64,000 nt of DNA, taken from positions 90,765-154,764 of IMG/VR virus record IMGVR_UViG_2615840593_000003; one strand, written 5' to 3'. The notes beneath the pieces are model-generated. The model saw only the letters and a list, made by a program, of their open reading frames with translations, was not told the DNA's origin and did not search any database. This document shows, piece by piece, positions 42,101-50,537 of the stretch. Origin of the DNA: a virus (lineage: Duplodnaviria; Caudoviricetes). Every line of letters starts with the position of its first letter. The stretch's first letter is position 1. The position numbers and the translations under genes are program-made.

Positions 42101-42985
42101 ACCATCTATGGTGATCCTGATGGAGATGGAATAAAAGAATCAATAATCAGATTAAATGCTAAAGTCGGAATTTCTATTCATGTAAAAGAAGATAAAAAAT
42201 TTTGGGTTGGTACAGATGGTAGACTTTACGCAAAAGACATTACTACACATAATCTAAAGATTGTTGATGGTAAATTAGGTGAGAAAATAATCTTTGACCA
42301 TGATAAAGGTATCACAATCAATGGTAACAATGGTGAACAAATTCGTTTAAATGCTAATGAAGGTATTGCTATTGATGTAAAGAAAGAGCCTAGATTCTGG
42401 GTAAATAAAGATGGTAACTTGTATGCTCGAAAATTATTTATCATGAACGGTGAGTTAGATGAATCTGTTCTAGAATCATTAGATAAAGATGATAGCTTTA
42501 TTTCTGACTTAACTGTTACTAGATTAAGGACTTATGATAAGAATGACCCTTACAATTACGTTCATATAAAACAAAAGTTCCTAAGATTTATGACAAGATT
42601 TGATTTAAGCAATCCATCTTCAGAAAAAGCAAAATATGAAATGTACTTTGAAGGTTCTGGAGTAGAAGCATATCCTGTTGCTATTTGGGGAACAGGTTCT
42701 GGTAACAATATCGATAATAACAAAGCTAAACAATATAAAACACCAAATGGATTCTTTACTGAATATAAAGATGAATATGGCGAGAAACATTCAATTAACT
42801 TAACAACAGATAGAGAAAAGTCTATAGAGCTTTTAAGTCCTCGTACAGTTTCTATTAAAGGTGGAAATGGTAGTGGAAGCATTACAATAAACAACTCTAA
42901 ACTAGAATTAAGCTTTGGTAACAATGTAATATCTATGACTGCTAATGGTATAAAAATAAATGGTAATCGCATTGACATTAACTAA
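39137..42985 (+). CDS. tail hub/spike protein (Tal-like) with coiled coil and beta-helical C-terminus
   Basis: ITRLKVYG and LGDIVRV motifs; C-terminal repeats ending IKINGNRIDIN. Confidence 0.75.
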   Translation: MKLGEIDYNLKPDDARIFLCRPDKKTIARISEAYDINYSTKLSILNEISFKIPTVLIEDGVPIDNKNIDKIKNRYLFKLKYGHVTEYFLINESNKSYSDDEYIEFTSLSLGVQLSDKNIRQFEVVSKTLSQVTNEILSSVNTKWKLGYVDSYFEEIYRSYEVASNNVLEIIYDLANVWNSLIVWDSVKYEINFYKPNNIGKDKGFYLRDGKYLESFNLATNTIDTITRLKVYGQDGLSIHRLNPTGQSYLEDYRYYLYPFKRENGVIVSHSKHLSDSLCIALEDFKELVESLSERFTNLTEMITTQKSIIQTEEQRLSILNTQRIIIEDELDLSNANFQSSSPNHLDVIQRLEAKRDEISNQEAFIRELKYQLSNYEDELDDLRTKLSRENNFTIEHLEELSDFEIEKEYTNDSIVYDEDLIEDGKEVFRQYLEPKIKLDVNLIDFLTIVECQNDWDKLGLGDIVRVRYDRLQVDVKAKITEITRDFENGSISVVIENEFDEGNNWLEQLNKAGNTSTIVQMDKWKWNLSEENNGAINDIINNKWDALKNAVMAGYDQKIEISERGIIVKSLEDPLSWLVIQNGFLSITNDSGNTWKYAISKDGIFGERIFGKIISGVNLIIEDESGIWLTQGSRTTIYNRYGDEVMRLGLVSDNEKDKDGNLIPQENECFGLVSWNNITRVALTTCEGFSVSKRNGDDWKKVLWANTDGTLYSRNMVAENIKIVNNLDEVILDAENDYFNIGLFDKIVADGKLTTLEKLEIIKELYKIHSDYKLLLQQAQKYIRSERDNVTDVDGQFDTSTQTFPTVYSTTDKYSTSALKNAYLELMNYISNYIKVINNGYLESDNLNIDMADPLTESTSQIENRGIFVQKFKNYYDEATRLRQEIEDSLFYSGIAMGRYHNNLIMNDFGFIAVRSDGKYRAYLNATNGLALQKWENGKWTSKLFATLGDSKWEDGTLYAEGLVTKNLRIVDGDLGDAITLDWKDGITIYGDPDGDGIKESIIRLNAKVGISIHVKEDKKFWVGTDGRLYAKDITTHNLKIVDGKLGEKIIFDHDKGITINGNNGEQIRLNANEGIAIDVKKEPRFWVNKDGNLYARKLFIMNGELDESVLESLDKDDSFISDLTVTRLRTYDKNDPYNYVHIKQKFLRFMTRFDLSNPSSEKAKYEMYFEGSGVEAYPVAIWGTGSGNNIDNNKAKQYKTPNGFFTEYKDEYGEKHSINLTTDREKSIELLSPRTVSIKGGNGSGSITINNSKLELSFGNNVISMTANGIKINGNRIDIN

Positions 42986-42997
42986 GGAGGTAGTTAT

Positions 42998-43465
42998 ATG
43001 GCTTTAATTGTACTAAATGGAGCTTCCATAAACCAATCAACAGCTTACTCTCACATTAGTACAGAAAGATATATTCAAACAGGTACAGAATGTACATCAT
43101 GGGACGATGATGGTTACTGTACTAATCGTGAGCCTGTTTACAATTGGGTTGGAGGATACAGTGTTAATGCTACTATCGACGGAACTATAAAAGCTAAACA
43201 GTCCAATGTATTCATTCAAGGGAAAAATCCTGCCCTACTTGGAGACAGTACAGTTGAGTCTGATTCTTATAATTTGTCGTCAAACGAACGCTATGCAAGT
43301 GGACAGCATACTAATGCTACTGGAAAAATATCAAGTGGAAACGGTAAGAATGTTTACATTGGCGGAGTACTGGTTGCAACTAAAGATTCCGCAATTCAAA
43401 CACATGCAAATACTAATACAACGATAAAAGATGGATTCAGTTCAAATGTACATATTGGAGGATAG
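42998..43465 (+). CDS. PAAR-like spike tip protein
   Basis: SNVFIQGKNPALLGD, GKISSG..NVYIGGVLVATKD, GFSSNVHIGG repeats. Confidence 0.6.
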   Translation: MALIVLNGASINQSTAYSHISTERYIQTGTECTSWDDDGYCTNREPVYNWVGGYSVNATIDGTIKAKQSNVFIQGKNPALLGDSTVESDSYNLSSNERYASGQHTNATGKISSGNGKNVYIGGVLVATKDSAIQTHANTNTTIKDGFSSNVHIGG

Positions 43466-43480
43466 AAAGAAGGTGATAGA

Positions 43481-44641
43481 GTGTCACTGCCAATAAATTA
43501 TTTAGAATTTAATAACCCTATTCATATTGTCTGGCGTAGTGGATTACCAAACGATCCATTTATAGACCGTTTAGATATTGTTCGTGTAGTAAATCAACGT
43601 GTTTTTCTGTTAGAAATACCAGATGAAATGTTTAGAGTTAGAATTTCAGGTATGTTTGAGATTAACTATGAAAAGTTTATGAAGCAAAACTTAGAGAAAA
43701 ATGAATTTTATGTAGACTATACTAATGGATTTATTTACTTTCATGCATCAAAAGAAGCCGAAACAATGTCGATAGTGTACAAAGGGCGAGGTCTTATCCT
43801 CTACCCTTCCACACGCATTGTTCATTATGACGGAACAGATTCAACTGAGACATTACATGAAATAATAGAAAAAAGTAAATCGCAAGTCCAAGAATTGATT
43901 GATAGAACTGATAATTATGAGGAATATTTAAAGAAACTTGTAATTGCTATCAATAATTCTAACGATGCTACTGACCAAGCATTAATTGCTACTCAAAAAG
44001 CTAATGATGCTACTAAGTTAGTTAATGATGCTTATGAAACAACAGTTTTAATTTATCAACCTTTCGTAAACACATACGATGAAATTTTTCAGAAGTTCCC
44101 CTACCCTGAAGTTGGATGGACAACGCAGGTATATGATACGGGTATTCGCTATAGATGGAATGGGAAAGCATGGATTCCCATTGATGCTCTAGGTGGAAAC
44201 GTCCCATTAGCGAATGAAGTAATTAACGGTTTGATGAGTAAAGAGCAATTCATTAAAGTAAAAAATATAACTAAATTCGTTAATGAAAAGACAATTGTGT
44301 TCATTATTCCAAAAGATATATTACAAGGAGTTCAAGATCCAGAGGTTGAGTTTGAATGGGATGGTGAAATAATCGATGTTAAAGCATTGGTTTCTTTAAA
44401 AGGACTACAACCTACTCCAGTTCAAATACAGAAATCTTCAAATTTAAAAGATTGGACTGATGTTACAGTCAATCCATTAACAATTGATGCAGATAGTTAC
44501 CGTAACAATAAAAAATTTACATTAATTAATACAAAAGTTAAGGAAGGTGATGTATTTAGACTATACATCCCTTCTTTTAATGTTGATGCTCAAAATTTAT
44601 CTGTTAATGTGAAAGTTTCATTGAACGACTCCCTCAGCTAA
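43481..44641 (+). CDS. tail/baseplate structural protein
   Basis: FYVDYTNGFIYF, coiled coil, NGLMSKE motif. Confidence 0.55.
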   Translation: MSLPINYLEFNNPIHIVWRSGLPNDPFIDRLDIVRVVNQRVFLLEIPDEMFRVRISGMFEINYEKFMKQNLEKNEFYVDYTNGFIYFHASKEAETMSIVYKGRGLILYPSTRIVHYDGTDSTETLHEIIEKSKSQVQELIDRTDNYEEYLKKLVIAINNSNDATDQALIATQKANDATKLVNDAYETTVLIYQPFVNTYDEIFQKFPYPEVGWTTQVYDTGIRYRWNGKAWIPIDALGGNVPLANEVINGLMSKEQFIKVKNITKFVNEKTIVFIIPKDILQGVQDPEVEFEWDGEIIDVKALVSLKGLQPTPVQIQKSSNLKDWTDVTVNPLTIDADSYRNNKKFTLINTKVKEGDVFRLYIPSFNVDAQNLSVNVKVSLNDSLS

Positions 44642-44697
44642 ATTTAATAATAGAAGGGTTTTATTTAAAATAATACATAAGAAAGAAGGAATTCTTA

Positions 44698-45447
44698 ATG
44701 AGTGAAAGACCCCTAGTTTCATGGTACGAAGGTACAAATACTACATCGACAGAAGTAAAAACTACAGTTAACTATGGTACAGTAGATGCATTTTCAGACT
44801 CTCCTCAGAAAACATACTTTATTTGGAATAATCGTGGTGGAACAAAAGACTGTTCCAAGATGGAGGATGTTAAATTTACTACTAGTGACCGTGATGGTGG
44901 CGATGGCAGTAGCGTAGGTAACGTTGTTGAAGCAGTTCGTGATAATTGGTTTAGAGTTAGAGTTGACAGTCTAAATGAACAAGTGTTTACTCCTGTTGGT
45001 AAAGGTGGCGTCGGAACAGAAAATCCGTCTGGTACAAAATTTTTAGGAACTAATGGAACTACTACAAATATCTATGCAAAATCATCTTCAACATGGACAA
45101 AAACAACTAAATTAACTATAGATACATACATTAAACCTACTGTTGATAATGGTTATATTTATAGAGCTATCAACGCAGGTGAAACTGGTGCGACTGAACC
45201 AACATGGCTAACAGAAGAAGGAAAATCTGTATTCGATAACGGTATTGAATATACAGCTATTAAAATTGAAAAAAAGCCTAACGCAAAAGAAATACTAGGA
45301 CTAGCCAATAATACTTTAGCAGATGGAAGTAATGCGAATTTAGCAGGAGGTAACTTTGTTCAGGTTACAGTGTTTGCGAAAGTACCTATCAATGCTTCCG
45401 CAGGTAAAAACACTTTACTTAAACGATGCTCGTTTAAGTATGTTTAA
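44698..45447 (+). CDS. tail appendage protein
   Basis: IWNNRGG; shares the Trp-rich repeat of 37818. Confidence 0.55.
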   Translation: MSERPLVSWYEGTNTTSTEVKTTVNYGTVDAFSDSPQKTYFIWNNRGGTKDCSKMEDVKFTTSDRDGGDGSSVGNVVEAVRDNWFRVRVDSLNEQVFTPVGKGGVGTENPSGTKFLGTNGTTTNIYAKSSSTWTKTTKLTIDTYIKPTVDNGYIYRAINAGETGATEPTWLTEEGKSVFDNGIEYTAIKIEKKPNAKEILGLANNTLADGSNANLAGGNFVQVTVFAKVPINASAGKNTLLKRCSFKYV

Positions 45448-45470
45448 ATTATAAAATACAAAAAACATCT

Positions 45471-45508
45471 TAGGGTGTGAGGTTTTATCCTCCACCCTTC
45501 TTTTTTTT
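45471..45508 (+). terminator. intrinsic terminator
   Basis: AGGGTG..GAGG/CCTC..CACCCT followed by T8. Confidence 0.7.
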
Positions 45509-45528
45509 ATTTAAAAATACTCAATACA

Positions 45529-46140
45529 ATGAGGTGTATATTAATGATATTTACAAGTTCAAATAATTTACAAGCAGTCGGACTACCTTTTAACTGGAAT
45601 GCCGATTATGCAAACGGAAAAAATTATGCTGAGTATGACCTTCTCACACATAAAAAAAATGACTTTTATCTAATACAGAAAAATCAGGTTCTACGTTTCG
45701 GTTTGTTTGGTCAAGGGATGAAGTTTTTCTTTGAGATGTCTGATGGCTCATTTTACTTACATGGTAGAAGAATAGAAATTGGATATGAAGATGGAAATGG
45801 AGAAACACATTATTTAACAACGAACTTTAGAGACAAAGATCTTATTACATATAAAAAAGCCTCTACTGATTTTAGTAATAAACAAGGCTTACAAAACACA
45901 TATATTGAGTCAATTAATTTTGGTTATAAGACATTTTATCAGAAAAATGATTTGCAATTATTCTTTCAACCGATAGTATCTTTCCCCTTCAATCAAAGTG
46001 TCTTTATTGAAGTTAAATTAACTTCCAATAAAAATTTGAATGGTCATATAGTCTTTAAATCTAGTGGGATTGAAGTAGAACGCTTCTACGCACCATTGGA
46101 AGCTAATGTATCAGGTCAAATTAATTGGACTATCAAATAA
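45529..46140 (+). CDS. hypothetical tail-region protein
   Basis: ORF; likely start ATG 45544 after GAGGTG. Confidence 0.6.
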   Translation: MRCILMIFTSSNNLQAVGLPFNWNADYANGKNYAEYDLLTHKKNDFYLIQKNQVLRFGLFGQGMKFFFEMSDGSFYLHGRRIEIGYEDGNGETHYLTTNFRDKDLITYKKASTDFSNKQGLQNTYIESINFGYKTFYQKNDLQLFFQPIVSFPFNQSVFIEVKLTSNKNLNGHIVFKSSGIEVERFYAPLEANVSGQINWTIK

Positions 46141-46152
46141 CTCAAGAAAGGA

Positions 46153-47229
46153 ATGTGCTCTATGTCAATAATTGGCGGTAATTTAGAAAAGAAAGAAATA
46201 GGACTACCGATTGGTATTTCTGGAACTCACAATAATACAGAGATTAACAAGAGTACTGGTTTTCTTCAATTAATAGAAGTTGATACTGATAGTCAAGGTA
46301 AATCTATCTATGCAGAACAAGGTTCTTGGACTTCTGATGTGATTGATCTTGAGGATAAATTTCAAGACTTCGATAAAGTATTCACAATCAATACAAACAA
46401 TGGTTCAAGTTCATTCGCTGTATTAACAAGAGTATCAGACAATGGTAGAGATTGGACTGATTGGATTGCAATTGCAGAAGATGGAGCAATACAGTCTGAT
46501 ACTAAGCAATACATACAGGTGAGAATAGATTTATTTGCAGGTTTTGTGACTGATGAATTTGTTATAGCTAAAAGTGATTTTGAGAAAAATGAGTATGTCA
46601 TGTTAAAAACAATATTCGAAGGAAAATATGCTGTACCTACTTTAACATCTAATGCACCTATTACTGATGGTTTTCCATTTTCTTCAGGTGAAAATAGTCC
46701 TAGTACTGCAACATGGATGGCTTTTGATAAAAGAGATGCATGGTATTTTTTAACAGCAAGTGGAACTGTAAAAGGATTTTTGGGATTTTACTTTAACAAA
46801 AGAAGACGAGTATCTAAATACAGACTTAAAAGCCCTGAAACAGGTACTAATTTCCCTTATATGCCTAAAACATGGTTTCTACAAGGAAGCAATGATACAA
46901 CAAACGGTATTAACGGTAAGTGGGATGACTTAGATACTCAAACTAATCAAACTTGGAATACAATAAACACTTTTAGAGAGTTTAGTATCATTAACCCAAA
47001 GCTATATAATGCTTATAGAGTTAATTGGAGCGAAAACAATGGTTATAAATCAAATACAGGAATTTGGGAACTAGATTTCTACGAAGATAGTATAACATCA
47101 CTAAGTCTTAATCGTGATTACAAGTTTGATATGACACCAGATACAACTTGGTCAGAAACAGGGAGTTTACACAAGAAAAAAGTCACTCGTAATCAATGGC
47201 TGAGAATTGACAGAATGGAGGTGGAATAA
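46153..47229 (+). CDS. tail appendage protein with F5/8-type C (discoidin) domain
   Basis: WMAFD..PKTWFLQGSND..YNAYR..ELDFY. Confidence 0.7.
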   Translation: MCSMSIIGGNLEKKEIGLPIGISGTHNNTEINKSTGFLQLIEVDTDSQGKSIYAEQGSWTSDVIDLEDKFQDFDKVFTINTNNGSSSFAVLTRVSDNGRDWTDWIAIAEDGAIQSDTKQYIQVRIDLFAGFVTDEFVIAKSDFEKNEYVMLKTIFEGKYAVPTLTSNAPITDGFPFSSGENSPSTATWMAFDKRDAWYFLTASGTVKGFLGFYFNKRRRVSKYRLKSPETGTNFPYMPKTWFLQGSNDTTNGINGKWDDLDTQTNQTWNTINTFREFSIINPKLYNAYRVNWSENNGYKSNTGIWELDFYEDSITSLSLNRDYKFDMTPDTTWSETGSLHKKKVTRNQWLRIDRMEVE

Positions 47230-48615
47230 TTGACTACTAATATTTATATAGATGCTATTAAGGGGTCTGATGCAACTGGCGATGGCACAGCACAAAAACC
47301 ATATAAAACGTTACAATACTTCTGTTTGAACAAAGCTGTTAGAGTTAGTGTCAACTATACTATTTATTTAAAAAAAGGAATCTATGAAATCACAGATGGT
47401 ACAATATTTGGTATTTTTGCTAGCGGTAATATCACTATCATTGGCAAAGACAAAGATACAGAAGTCATACAAAAAGTTGGCATGTATCCCAACAGCAGTG
47501 GTGGAAATAAAGATTTCACCTTAACAATTGCTAAGTTAAAATACAACATAGTTAAATCTCTTAGTAATGCTAACTTAAATAGCTATAAATGGAATTGGAA
47601 TTTTTATAATGTTTTAATAGAATATATGCCTGATAATGCCTACAGTGTCATGTATCCAATAGGTTCTAAGACAGTATTTAGAAATTGCGTAAAGTTAACT
47701 AGTTCAACTTCTATGTTTAGAACTACCGAAGGCATTGTAGAAGTGTACGATTCAATTGGCTACTTTACAAGCGGATATTCCACTAGTCAAACCAGCTGGG
47801 ATAAAAGAGGGAATACAATTGGTTCCATTGTTAACTATGAAGAAGTTTTAAAAAAAGGAGCATACCCTTGGAATATTAATAGAACTCTGATTCTGCATAA
47901 TAGCGAATATAAAAGATACAGTGAAGCTAAAGAAGAAATATTATCATATAAAAAAATTAATACGAATATGACTGCTAATATTTCTAATGGTTTTGAAGTA
48001 ACTGGTACTACATCCTTAGGCAGCTTACCTTTATATTATGCATTTGATGGAAAATTAGATACATGGTATAGAACTAATGATTCACCAACAGCAGATATAA
48101 CTCTTAAACTACCAGAAAAGAAAAGAATTGGTAAATTTAATCTGGCAAATCATCCTAATGGGAACCCTAATAAATTTGAATTGTATGCATCAAATAACAA
48201 TACAAGCTGGGTAAAACTAACCGAGGGGAATTTTATGGCTACCGGCACATTTAAAGGAGAATATACCTTTGATAATAAAAGCGAATATCAATATTATAAA
48301 TTATCTATTCTAGGTGTTTCTGGTTCATATGTTTATATTGTTGAACTTGAATACTTTGAAACAATAGTAGAAAAAGAAGCTACAGAAGAAGGCTGGGATG
48401 TTGTTTCATCTACAATTCCTAGTGCTTCAATGTATATTGACAATGGCATGGATACATTATCAATATTTAATAGAGCTAATGTTACATTAAAATCTCAAAA
48501 AATGACAAATAAAGATGAGATTTTAAATGGCGAGCAAGGCAAGGTTTTTAGTGCAAACATTGACTTAAAAAAATACTTTGACATTGTAAGTGTAAGAACG
48601 GAGGTTAAAAAATAA
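47230..48615 (+). CDS. tail appendage protein (GDGTAQKPYKTL N-terminus + discoidin domain)
   Basis: GSDATGDGTAQKPYKT; YAFDG..FELYASNN..YQYYKL. Confidence 0.7.
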   Translation: MTTNIYIDAIKGSDATGDGTAQKPYKTLQYFCLNKAVRVSVNYTIYLKKGIYEITDGTIFGIFASGNITIIGKDKDTEVIQKVGMYPNSSGGNKDFTLTIAKLKYNIVKSLSNANLNSYKWNWNFYNVLIEYMPDNAYSVMYPIGSKTVFRNCVKLTSSTSMFRTTEGIVEVYDSIGYFTSGYSTSQTSWDKRGNTIGSIVNYEEVLKKGAYPWNINRTLILHNSEYKRYSEAKEEILSYKKINTNMTANISNGFEVTGTTSLGSLPLYYAFDGKLDTWYRTNDSPTADITLKLPEKKRIGKFNLANHPNGNPNKFELYASNNNTSWVKLTEGNFMATGTFKGEYTFDNKSEYQYYKLSILGVSGSYVYIVELEYFETIVEKEATEEGWDVVSSTIPSASMYIDNGMDTLSIFNRANVTLKSQKMTNKDEILNGEQGKVFSANIDLKKYFDIVSVRTEVKK

Positions 48616-48616
48616 C

Positions 48617-49780
48617 ATGGTAAATTATACTGATAATATTATACCAGCCATGACTAGTGATAGTATGAATGGTTTTATAACTACTGCTAGTAGCTATTAT
48701 AGTAGTAATTATTTACCTTGGAGAGCGTTCAGCAGAGATTCTAGTACCTATTGGTCATGTTCAAGTAGCTTCCCTACAGGTTGGATTGCATGTGAATTCC
48801 CTTCTCCTAAAAGAATAATAAAGTTTACTGTAAAAAATAGGTTGGACAGCTCATCTCCCAAAGCATTTTCTTTTGATGGTTTTGATGGTACTAATTGGAT
48901 AACGCTATTTCAACAAACGGCATCAGAAACTCCAAACTGGAAAGATGGAGAAAAAAGAGAATACGTTTTTAACAATCCGAATGAGTACAAAAGATATAGA
49001 CTTAATATTACACAAATCCAAACAGCAGGATATGTGCCAGAAATAAATGAAATTGAAATGATGGAAGAGTTAATATTAGAAAAAACATTGTTTCGGTCAG
49101 ATAGTAAGACCTATGCATTAGAACATGTTAATACTCTATTTGAAACGAAAATGATATCTGATTCAGCACCAGCACCATTCAACACTACAGCTAGTAGCAC
49201 ATTCTCATCATCTTTTCTAGCGTGGAAAGCGTTTGACGAAAAAAAAGATGATGGAGCATGGGTTTCTTCAGGGTCTCCGACAGGGTGGATAAAGATTGAT
49301 TTTGGTAAGATGATTCTTGTTAATAATGTTACCATGGCTTGTAGGGGTGGAACTGATCCTGTAATCACAACATCTATGCCAAAAGACTTTAATATATATG
49401 CTTCAAACAATAATATTAATTTTGATTTAATCGGCAGTTTTAAAAATGAGACAAGTTGGATTTTCTTAGAAAGTAGAAATTTTCGTTTTGATAATTCAAA
49501 AGAATATAGATATTTCCGATTAGATGTTTTAGTTAATAATGGCTTTGCTAATTATACAAGTATTGGTGAGCTATTGTATGGATACGACAGTGCGAAGATA
49601 ATACAGCTACCAGAACCAACAAAAGATAATTTTGTAAAATATGGTCAAAATAGTAAGCAAATCATGAATAACAATTTTAAAAATAAGAATTATATTTTAC
49701 AAGATACTGTATCAAAAAACCAGAATGGTTTGTTAGAGGTTAAATTAAATAGAAAACCACTCAGCATTAGTTTTAATTGA
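48617..49780 (+). CDS. tandem discoidin (F5/8C) domain protein
   Basis: Two ASS..WxAF..W..PK.F..Y..YRL units. Confidence 0.75.
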   Translation: MVNYTDNIIPAMTSDSMNGFITTASSYYSSNYLPWRAFSRDSSTYWSCSSSFPTGWIACEFPSPKRIIKFTVKNRLDSSSPKAFSFDGFDGTNWITLFQQTASETPNWKDGEKREYVFNNPNEYKRYRLNITQIQTAGYVPEINEIEMMEELILEKTLFRSDSKTYALEHVNTLFETKMISDSAPAPFNTTASSTFSSSFLAWKAFDEKKDDGAWVSSGSPTGWIKIDFGKMILVNNVTMACRGGTDPVITTSMPKDFNIYASNNNINFDLIGSFKNETSWIFLESRNFRFDNSKEYRYFRLDVLVNNGFANYTSIGELLYGYDSAKIIQLPEPTKDNFVKYGQNSKQIMNNNFKNKNYILQDTVSKNQNGLLEVKLNRKPLSISFN

Positions 49781-49824
49781 TGCTGAGTATTTATTTCTTA
49801 ATACAATAAGAAAGGAATGATTAT

Positions 49825-50520
49825 ATGGCAACAATAGGTCAATCACTAACATCTCCTGAAGCAGGATGGAAAAGATACGATGATAGAGACACTGTTATTA
49901 CTTATGAAGGAAAGTGGTTACAACAAACACATGCTTCCCATTATTTAACAACTTTAACCTATACAAACACCCCTTCCTCAAAGATAAAATTCAACTTCAC
50001 AGGTAATAAATTAAGAATAATTGTAAATGCTTACACAAACAATGAAACAAATACAAAAATAACTATTGATAATAAAATATTTGATAGCTTTAGCACTAAA
50101 GCAGGGTCTGGTGAAGTTTTTCAGTGTCTTGCCTATGAAAAAATAGGCTTAAGCAATGGAGAGCACAATGTAGTAATTGAAACTACATCAACTTCTACTT
50201 TTAGATTTGATGCAATTGACATTGATGAAAAAGGAAAGCTTCTTAAGTTCACGACAGATTTATCAAATGCTAGACTAGCTATTAAAAATGAAAACAAATA
50301 TTATTCTCTTACAGACAGCGTTCTTATTCACCTTCCTGATAATTCATCTAAAAGCATGATTTTATATGGAATCGAGAAAGACAAAGAGATTCAATTGAAT
50401 GTTCCTTTTAATAAGCATATTTATGTAAATAATACACCTATTGTCAATACAAACAGTAAAATTTTCACAGTTCCTATTACAGACAGTTTTACAACAATTG
50501 ATATTAAAGATAATTACTAA
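49825..50520 (+). CDS. carbohydrate-binding-like tail protein
   Basis: PEAGWKRYDD..KFNFTG..GEHNV..DAID. Confidence 0.6.
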   Translation: MATIGQSLTSPEAGWKRYDDRDTVITYEGKWLQQTHASHYLTTLTYTNTPSSKIKFNFTGNKLRIIVNAYTNNETNTKITIDNKIFDSFSTKAGSGEVFQCLAYEKIGLSNGEHNVVIETTSTSTFRFDAIDIDEKGKLLKFTTDLSNARLAIKNENKYYSLTDSVLIHLPDNSSKSMILYGIEKDKEIQLNVPFNKHIYVNNTPIVNTNSKIFTVPITDSFTTIDIKDNY

Positions 50521-50537
50521 GAAAAGGAGTCAATACA

